NCBI GenBank assembly: GCA_001244265.2
Contig: CDLV01000014.1
Span: 744,001 to 808,000, forward strand
Length of the DNA: 64,000 nucleotides
Source: Microbotryum violaceum
Taxonomy: Eukaryota
Direction of reading: 5' to 3'
Part shown: positions 22,470 to 30,846 of the stretch, one piece after another
Numbering within the stretch: the first letter of the stretch is position 1
Layout of the letters: each line of letters begins with the position of its first letter
Made by a program: the position numbers and the translations under genes
Notes under the pieces: model-generated
Database searches by the model: none
The model's input: only the letters and a program-made list of their open reading frames with translations
What the model was told of the DNA's origin: nothing

Positions 22470-23769
22470 AGTGGGAATAGATGAATATGACGGTGCACCC
22501 AAGTCACACCGGCGGTGGTTCTACCACACATTGGGAGCCATGGCGGGCGGACTGGTGCACGGTCACATTGACTTCTACTGTGTGGCTCGCCCGCAAGTTG
22601 AACCTCGACTGCTCGTCGCTTCAATCGGATCCTTCTGGCAGCTCTTGTTCTTGATCGTTCTGGTCGCCATTCCCGACAACCTCGGCCGGTGGGCAAAGTA
22701 TGCGATCACTTCGCTACTTCTCGCATTCCCCTATGCCCACCCCAGTGAGTTGAACAACGATTTCCGCAAAAGCCGAACCATTAGATATATGCGCAGACGC
22801 TGAGCTCCGAAACCTTGCTTCATTCGCGCAGTTCTTGTGTCCCTCAACAGCCGCAACTCGGGCAGTGTGCGCACTCGATCGGTCTCGGCAAGTCTTTACA
22901 ATATGTTTGTGCAAGCTGGCTCCATCGTTGCCTCCAACATCTATCAGAGCAGGGACAAGGTGAGCGAAGGGGAAGGGACCAGACTGCGCGCCCGTCTGAT
23001 TGCGCCTGAGACTGACTTCTGCGCGCTTCACCGGATACCATAGCCGTACTACCGTCACGGAAACCGTGTACTCCTCGGTATCGTATCGTCCAACATTGTG
23101 CTCTTCTTCTTGGTCAAATTCTACTACGTCGCGCGCAACCAACAGCGTGCCAAGAAGTGGGAGGCGCTCACGGTCGACCAACGTCGCACGTACCTGGAGA
23201 CCACCAAGAACGAAGGCAATCGCCGCTTGGATTTCAAGTTTGCCCATTAATGCTCCAGAGGCTGTATTTGGCGAATCTTTACTTTCATAAAACTATTTAG
23301 ACGCAGTATTAGTATTGCGATTGGTCTCAGGACGGTATAATTTATCTGCAGTGGTTTACAGATTCAGTTTGGGTATTAAGTTTAGGTTCTTGTCTGTACA
23401 ATCAGCGGCATTGAGGGGTCTCGCTCCCGAATAGTGTATCGCGGTGGGCTTATGCAACGGTTGTTATCATCTTTGGCTTGATCCTGACTATAGTCGGGTA
23501 CAGCGGCGCGGATGAGAATGCTTCAACGAAGCGCATTAGTACCTGCGCATACCTCGGGCCGTTTTGGGTCGACGTCTTCCATAACCGATCATCCCACAGC
23601 GCGCCAAGTCCCGTCAACCTCTGCCACCCACCTCGGCTCGCTTCTGCTCCGTTCAACTTTGCCCAGCTACGGCCCCAAAACCAACCAACGTCTGTCCGTG
23701 AACTCTTGGATTACGTCTTCCCATCTTTCTTCCTTCACACGTCGAACCCGTCGTATCTGTTGTCTCGCA

Positions 23770-25186
23770 ATGGCCATGGCCAGCTCGGCGTCAGCCAGTT
23801 CGTCGTCCCACATCGAGCTGCCGTTGATCACCGTGCAGCCGACGTTCCCCGAGGTCGTGCACGACATCGGCTCAGATAGCGACGCTTCGGCTGAGGATTG
23901 TTGGATCTCGTGCTATTGGAAGGGCAAGACTTCGGTCCATGGCAAAGTGAGGGTGCTCGAAGCCGAGGGAGGGGGTGCGGTAGAGCTGGAGGCCCGGGAC
24001 GGGGTCACGTGCCGAATGGTCGATGGCAAGGTATGGAGCGAATGCATGATCCAAACGCTCTTCATACGTGACTTGTCTCTCTGACGTGACTCGGATGATT
24101 ACCGTGGCGCAGACTACAACCCTCGAGTGTTCGTGTGAGCAGCTGGCAATACCCCCCACTTTGGTCCACTTCCCGCTTCGCACCGATCGATTGGCCGACT
24201 TCGGACCCGTCAACTCGTTCGACATCGCTCCGGACGGCTCTCGCTACGTCGTAGGCGGAGACAACGGCTTGGTGCGAGTTGTCGAGCTTTCGCCTTCGCA
24301 CTCATCCACGCAAGCGCCGCGGCAGATCGCGCTCAAAGGTCACCTGGCCGATCTCACCGTCGTGCGATTCTTCCCGTCGAGCGAAGTTGTGCTCACCGGA
24401 GCGATGGATATGACCATTCGGATCTATTCGGCTCTAAGCGGGAAAGAGGTTAGGACCCTGACGGGCCACACAAAGTCCGTCTCGGGATTTTTCATTCTCG
24501 GCAAGGGCAGGAGGATCCTCTCGTCGTCGCTCGACGGAACGATCCGATTATGGAACATTGCCGAGGCCAAAGTGGAAAGGACGTGGAGTTTTGACCAACC
24601 CGTGTCTGCTTTCACGGTGTCACAGTTCACCGGATCGACGGCCTTGGCGGAGGACTACCCCGAAATCGAGGAGCTCTACGCCATCGCCGCGCACACGAAC
24701 GGTTCTGCAACGGCGCTTCCCCTCGGCACCGACACCGCTGCTCCCTTGCTACGATTGAGAGCTGGCTCATCGCCCCTGCACTCGATCGCGCTCGATTCCG
24801 ATTCTGGCCGACTTGCTTTGGGATCTCGGAACGGCTGCGTTGCTCTGTTCCAGCTTCCTGCTCTCGATGCAGCCAGCCCAAGACCGGCGCAGGAGACGCT
24901 TGCCCCGCTGTTGACATTATCACGGTCCGATACTGTTGTCCATCGACTCTGCTTCAGCACTACTTCGAATCTGGCACCGACGCAAGATCTTCTTGTCGCT
25001 GGCGCCGACGGACTCCCATTCCGAGTAACCTTACGTCAAGACCCTTCCGATGCCACAAGTACAACGGCATCAATCGTGGATGAGTACTCCGGCTTGAACT
25101 GTGAAGCAGCTACTTCCGCCATGACGTCGAATGGGTGCATCTGGGTTGCTGGCGCCGATGGGATGATTAGGCGATATGAGGGTTAA
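23770..25186 (+). CDS. WD40 protein, proteasome chaperone Rpn14/PAAF1-like (one intron ~24031-24112)
   Basis: N-terminal IT.QP...CWISCY...SVHG; WD repeats LKGHLAD...FFPSSEVVLTGAMDMTIRIYS and LTGHTK...SSSLDGTIRLWN. Confidence 0.8.
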
Positions 25187-25980
25187 GCCGAGACCACGCT
25201 CCAGCCGCGACCCCAACGTGATTGTGCAGGAACCTGCTTCGGCTATTTTCAATTTGTTACCTAGATACCACCCAGTTGAGTTTGTGCGTCCAGCGAGTCC
25301 GGCAACAGCGACCGATCGACTTGAGCTTGAAGCGGCCCGGGCGATGATGTCACGTGCCCGTACGCCCAGTAATTGGAACGCGATTTCGACTCTCCTGACC
25401 ACTCGCGCGAGTCGTAGCGGAATAGTGGTTCGAGTTGCAGCAAGACGAAGGACAACATTGGTGTAGGAATTGTTAAAAAGTCAAGCGGTGAAAACCCAGC
25501 CTTCTGGGGAAAACCGCAAGAGATCGATCTAAACGGAAGAGAGTCCGAACTTCTTGGTGATACACAGGGATGGTGGGCGGGATGACAATTGGGAGCTTTG
25601 CGACCCAAGCTTCTGGATGTCAGACGGCTGCAACTGATGATGGAGCAAGTCCACTGATCGTCTCAGCATACCTTTGCGACAAAGGCAAGACACTGTATAA
25701 AGACAGTTGTGGCGCGGTTGGTGCAAAGGACGGCAAAGGGTCTGCTGAGAGATATGCGATTTAGCTCGTTGCCCAACAAGGACTCGGAGCGAAATGCCCC
25801 CACAAAGAATTTGCAGGGATCCAAGTGCAAAGTACACCGTGCAACACGCTTGGGTGTATCGAAGCATTACCCCGAGCTACTCTAAGCGAGCCACGTCGAG
25901 GGTTTCATACTGAGCTGCTAGCAGCTGTGAACGTCCGGCAAGATGGAACTCTCGATCAGCGACCTCGTCAGCTGGGAGGT

Positions 25981-26310
25981 AGTCTTGGGAGTGAGGAACG
26001 CACCTGTCCCTACAGGTGGTGAACGCAGCCACAGAAGCTGGTAAGGAAACGTCGACAACGCAGTGAGGGCCCGAAAGGGAACGTGCGTTGCGAGTACCGC
26101 CCGTGAGCTCGCCTGTGGGAAGCACAGCTATAGCATCCACTGGGGGAAGCGTCGACAACGCAGTGAAGGCCCAAGGGAACGTGCATTGCGAGTACCGCCC
26201 GTGAGCCCGCTTGTGTGGAAGGCACAGTATAGCATCCACGGGGGAGAGAGGGTCCGTGCGCGCGAGCCTGAATCGGCGCGTCAAATCCTTGCAGCAAAAG
26301 CCGAAAAGAC
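25981..26310 (+). repeat. LTR-like ~330-bp repeat, copy 1, with internal 2 x 100-bp tandem unit
   Basis: 25984-26310 matches 29148-29474; begins AGTCTT after purine-rich GGGAGGT. Confidence 0.8.
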
Positions 26311-26871
26311 CATGGGTTGATACGGTTGAGTGGCTCACTTGAACCGGCGATGTGCAGGAGTAATGAGGATAGGAACCTTGCCGGGTCGAAGAACGCCGCT
26401 TTGATGGCTTGTTGCTTGAGCTGCTGAGAAAGGTTGAGAGTTGAGAAGCTGGGTGATAAACCCTGTTATTCCGCTCATGTGACTTACTCCACGGTTCCTA
26501 CCCCCAACATTCACATCGCTCACAGTTTCGAGTCCGCACGTCTTGACCCCCGAGCTCCAGTTCGAAACGCCCGACTTGAGCGCAGACTCATAGGACGCGT
26601 ACGCGTCTTTGTGGGATAGGGAGCGATCCTTGCATTTGCCACATACAACCAAACGACCCTCGCCGCGAGAGAAGTCGCGGTCGACAGACAGATCGACATG
26701 GCTCCAGTTGTCGCCCCTCTTTCAAAGCAATAGCACCTGCAAAGCGTCGGCGTAGCGAGCTTGCCAGCGATCATTTGCGGAGCCACCTCTCAGCTGAGAG
26801 TAGTAATTTTGCGCTTCTTTGTTCGTGGCAAATTCCGTACACACAAGGTCCTCCTCAGCAGTGGGGAGGTC

Positions 26872-27028
26872 TGTTGGAATCAACGATGATCCCGAAAATG
26901 ATCAACAAAAGAAGAAGAACGGCTGGACCAGGAGTCGAACCTACGTCGCTTCCATTAATCGGAAAAGCTTTGACCACTAAGCTATCCGGCCCCTGATAGC
27001 AGTGCAAGGTCTACTAACACCTTCAACA
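26872..27028 (-). mobile_element. 157-bp LTR (TGTTG...CAACA) containing a tRNA-like gene, preceded by a PPT
   Basis: Minus strand: AAGGGGAAG|TGTTGAAGG ... ATTCCAACA; 5-bp terminal inverted repeat. Confidence 0.75.
26921..26991 (-). ncRNA. tRNA-like cloverleaf with A/B boxes and GATTAAT loop (second family)
   Basis: GGCCGGA TA GCTT AGTGGTCA AAGC T TTTCC GATTAAT GGAAG CGAC GTAGG TTCGACT CCTGG TCCAGCC; canonical B box GGTTCGACTCC. Confidence 0.85.
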
Positions 27029-27277
27029 CTTCCCCTTAGACCTTTGCACTGCTGCCAGGCTATTGCAATGCGTCGACTCTAAGTCCCAATTTGGACTCTG
27101 TGTCAAGCTTCTGCGGCAGCTCCGGCTGCTATGTGCAGCGTCACTGGGAAGATTTTACATGAAGGGTTCTATAATAGATCCTCACACTTCCCCTTAGAAC
27201 CTTGCTTTGGCATCTTGCTCTACAGCATGGTTCGGAGACAGCCGCCACTTTCTCTTGTTAACCGACAGACGCTACCA

Positions 27278-28690
27278 AGTTAAATTTCGGTGCGAGGCGA
27301 TCTTTGGTCCAGGGAGACGAGAACACAAACTTCTGCTTCTGTCAACGGTCGATAGCAGACTCAATGATTGGTGAGGAACCAATCAAGAGGACTCCGCACC
27401 GCCGCTGACGCAGTCCGCACCTCCCTGGCCAAAATGGCTTAAACTACCCAAAAACCCCAAAGACGCTTCTAGCCATTACTGCTCGCGTAGTCCCTTCCAA
27501 CACGCCCCCTGGCGAGGAGCGTCCACCATTCCAAGCATCCGAACGACTCCGACTCGTGCGGTGCGCGCGAGAGTTCCTTGGTGAATCCGTCCGCGACCAT
27601 CTCCTTGGTCCCGATCCATCGGAGCTCGATGATGCCGTTCGAGACAAATGTGATTAATTGTGCCGCGCAGATAGCGAAGAACTCGCCGCATTTGCCTAAA
27701 GTGGTCCGGTTTCGGATCGGCGCAGTGTCTTGACAGTTGGGTGACCGCATAAGAGATATCGGGCCTTGTGCATCCTGAAACCTAGAGGAGCTTACCAACA
27801 ACCTGGCGATAGTTGAGCTTGAGATGAGCAGTACCTCCATCTGAGTGCTGATCGCTGTCGGAGGTTGGGGTTGCCACCGCGGAAGCGTTCGCAAACCCGT
27901 GATTGTTCAGGATGGTCTCGATCTGGTGGCACTGGTCAATGGTCATGATCCCCGATGCGTCGTCGGTGGCAATCTTCATCCCCAGGAATAGCTCGATCTC
28001 GCCTCGCTTGAGCTTGAACTGTTGATCGAACTTGCTGAGGAACCCTTCGAGATCGTCGTCGCCGGCGAGAAGACCGTGGTCGACGTAGATGGCCAAGAGA
28101 GTCGTGCGATCGACGCCCCCGATGTTGCGAACCCTTCAGTAGACCCCAAAGACCTCCTCCATTCGCTTGAAACCGCGATCGACGAGCGCAGCATGCAAGA
28201 CCTTGTTCCACTCACGACCCGACTGCTTGAGACCATACAGGGATTTGCGCAGTCGATGGGTGGAACCGTCCGGCAGCTTGATCCATAGTGGTTCGGTGAG
28301 GTGACCGTGAAGGTATGCGCTGTTGACGTCGAACTGAAGCCGCCGATACCCTTTGACATGAGCTATGACGTTGATCATCCGGATGGACGCGATTCGAGCT
28401 GTCGGTGAGAATGTTTCCCCGTGATGGTTCTGGAGATCCCCCCGTGCGACGATCCTTGCCTTGTACTTGATGATGTCACCTTTGTCATTCCGCTTGCGGA
28501 TGAGGACGACCTTTGTTGGGATTGCTCGAATTCCTGGCGGCGGATCGGTGGCCTCCTTGTCCCATGTGTTCATGCCGTTCAGAATCGAGTACTCAGTCAT
28601 GAGGGAAATGGACCAATCCTCGCGATCCTCGCCGGTCATCGCCTGCTTGTAAGTCGGCTCGTTAGGACCAGGTCGGGATCCATCTTGCTA
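27278..28690 (-). mobile_element. 5'-truncated, degenerate Ty1/copia (RT, RNase H, PPT, LTR 27502-27278)
   Basis: EPTYKQAM...W, KYKARIVARGD, QFDVNSAYLHG, LRKSLYGLKQSGREW, IYVDH, MVADGFTK; PPT AGGGGGCG then TGTTGG at 27502. Confidence 0.9.
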
Positions 28691-28999
28691 AAGCACAGAC
28701 GATTGATTATAGTCGTTTGGTGAGGTGTGAGAGTGCAAGTGAGCGACGAAAGAAGAGAGAGCGGCGCGGGTATATTGCGAAGTTCCCAAAATGTTGCAAT
28801 TGCACCTCCTTTCTTGTGTGATTTGTGTGATTAGTTGATGAAGCACCCCGCGGTCAGCGCTTGGACCAAACCATGCGGCACAAACATGGGGGATTGGGCC
28901 GATTACAATTGGAAATTTGATGACCTCGCTAGAGAGCACGAGCCTCCTCAGTGGAAACTACAGCTTCCAGCGCCACAGGAGTCTGTACCAGACACAAAA

Positions 29000-29147
29000 A
29001 AAGTTAAGATATCTAAAAGTATCTAAGGAAACCCCCGGGGCTTTATCTATCTATCTAAGATATTTGGCACCTAGATAAGATGTCATCTATATCTTACCGA
29101 GATAGGCTAAGATATATATCTAGGTAGACATCTAATGGGGAACCCTG
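29000..29147. mobile_element. Probable hAT-type DNA transposon end
   Basis: Ends GGGGAACCCTG (CAGGGTTCCCC on minus), preceded by dense TATCTA/TAGATA subterminal motifs; other end not found. Confidence 0.5.
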
Positions 29148-29475
29148 CTTGGGAGTGAGGAACGCACCTGTCCCTACAGGTGGTGAACGCAGCCACAGAA
29201 GCTGGTAAGGAAACGTCGACAACGCAGTGAGGGCCCGAAAGGGAACGTGCGTTGCGAGTACCGCCCGTGAGCTCGCCTGTGGGAAGCACAGCTATAGCAT
29301 CCACTGGGGGAAGCGTCGACAACGCAGTGAAGGCCCAAGGGAACGTGCATTGCGAGTACCGCCCGTGAGCCCGCTTGTGTGGAAGGCACAGTATAGCATC
29401 CACGGGGGAGAGAGGGTCCGTGCGCGCGAGCCTGAATCGGCGCGTCAAATCCTTGCAGCAAAAGCCGAAAAGACT
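29148..29475 (+). repeat. LTR-like repeat, copy 2 (first 3 nt missing)
   Basis: 327-bp match to 25984-26310; ends AAGACT, running into TGG. Confidence 0.8.
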
Positions 29476-30846
29476 GGAAGACTGCCTAACTAGTAAGCCT
29501 ACCTTTCACGAACGCTGCTGGGTGCTATTCGATGTACCTGACTATGTACCGATCGAATGTGTAGACACCACAATGATGATATTCTGTCGAGGGTTCAGGC
29601 CTAGGCCTAGCGAGCCTTGCTTGAAGGTGTCCTGCCTCACGGGTGCAGTGAAGACGCAGACGATACTAGTACTGCCAGGGACGAAGCGTCACCTTAACAC
29701 CGTTGACTAGGCATCCCAAAGTGATCACCAGAACAGTCCGGTTTAGCCGTTTGTAGCACTCGCCGTCGTATGTAAACACTGGGATCCTGCTCGAGTATCC
29801 CTACCATGTTCGCAGAGCTGTCCAATCAGAGCCTCCTGATGAGTATCAGCGTCCCGGATGAGAAGGCCTTTGATGCAGTGCGCCACGGCCCGCCAACGCG
29901 GGAGCGCGCGAGCAGTTACAGGCGCGCGGGGCCTCACGTGCCTCGCAGGCGCAGGCGGATGTTCCTGAGAATCTGTGGAAAATGAAAGGGATGACGACGG
30001 ACGCCGTAAGGTCTGCATTCGAATTTCACGTTCCTCGAACGAGAATGCCGATCCCATCCCCCTGTCGCGAGTCGCGACCCGACGACCCAATTCATGTTCA
30101 GCGAAACGGAAGCCTGCATGCAGATATGTAGCCCAGTTATCTTTTGGAGGCGATTGCTGGACCGCCCATCTCCTGCGCCTGCCCCCCTAAGCAAATCGGC
30201 GACCCTCTCTGCTGCTGCAATTCCTCCACGAAAAGCTGGGCGCCGTTTGGTGGAACCGTCCGAATCTAACTGACGTCGTTGCTCGGACGAAACCCCTGAA
30301 CGCGGCGCTCGATCCACTCCTGCTGGCTTCAAGCAACAGGGCCCAAATATTATATTCTAGCCGCCCGGATACGAATAGGTCCGCCCAATCACAACGAGGC
30401 GTCAAATTTTAAAGTTTCACGTCGTATTGACATTATGTTAATTCGCCGTGAGAAGTTAAAGGAAAAAAATTCCTTACCAACCTAATCCTTAATCATTTCT
30501 AATACTACTTTATCTGTATGTCCTATTTTGAATGCTGCTTTTGTGGCTCCTGAACCTTTGGCAATGTTAACTCTACTGAGCTTGGCAATTTCTTCAGCGA
30601 CAGTTCGGCGGTATTCAGTGCATCGGCGGGATCAATCGAGAGCTAAAGAGCCCAGAGAGTGACTTTGGCTTGGCTGTTTTTCCATTTGCGCAGGTCGACC
30701 CCCCATTGGCGAGCGTCGCAGGCAGTAATTTTTCTCAAAGTCATACAATTCGGAAGAAATGACCGGACTCGCTCACCGTACCCTCGCAGCCTCTAGCTGT
30801 CCTTCCGCTCGCTTCGTGCCCTTCCCTACTCGCAATTCACTCTAGC

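Larger units (their letters stand above)
22071..22581 (-). mobile_element. Terminal-repeat retrotransposon in miniature (TRIM) with a tRNA-like gene in each LTR
   Basis: 206-bp direct repeats at 22071-22276 and 22376-22581 (2 mismatches). The 99-bp spacer has PBS TGGTAGCGTCTGTC (22375-22362) abutting one repeat and PPT GAAGGGG abutting the other. No coding capacity. Confidence 0.88.
21785..23250 (+). pseudogene. Dal5/allantoate-permease-family (SOA1/YIL166C-like) MFS transporter; central part missing and interrupted by a miniature LTR element
   Basis: Putative N-terminus from 21785. C-terminal exons after 22582: PYAHP|ILVSLNSRNSGSVRTRSVSASLYNMFVQAGSIVASNIY, PYYRHGNRVL, YLETTKNEGNRRLDFKFAH*. 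The middle TM helices are absent. Confidence 0.8.

Noticed and set aside
22071..22581. Tandem tRNA-derived SINEs
   Set aside because: The cloverleaf is internal to the repeat with no body or A-tail; PBS and PPT sit exactly at the repeat boundaries, as in LTR elements.
26041..26245. CRISPR array or known small ribozyme in the 100-bp tandem
   Set aside because: No unique spacers and a eukaryotic context; no hammerhead CUGAUGA/GAAA core arrangement visible.
25984..29474. Single LTR element bounded by the two 327-bp repeats
   Set aside because: PPT-like and PBS-like signals face outward, no TSD was found, and the interior is a mosaic of unrelated elements.
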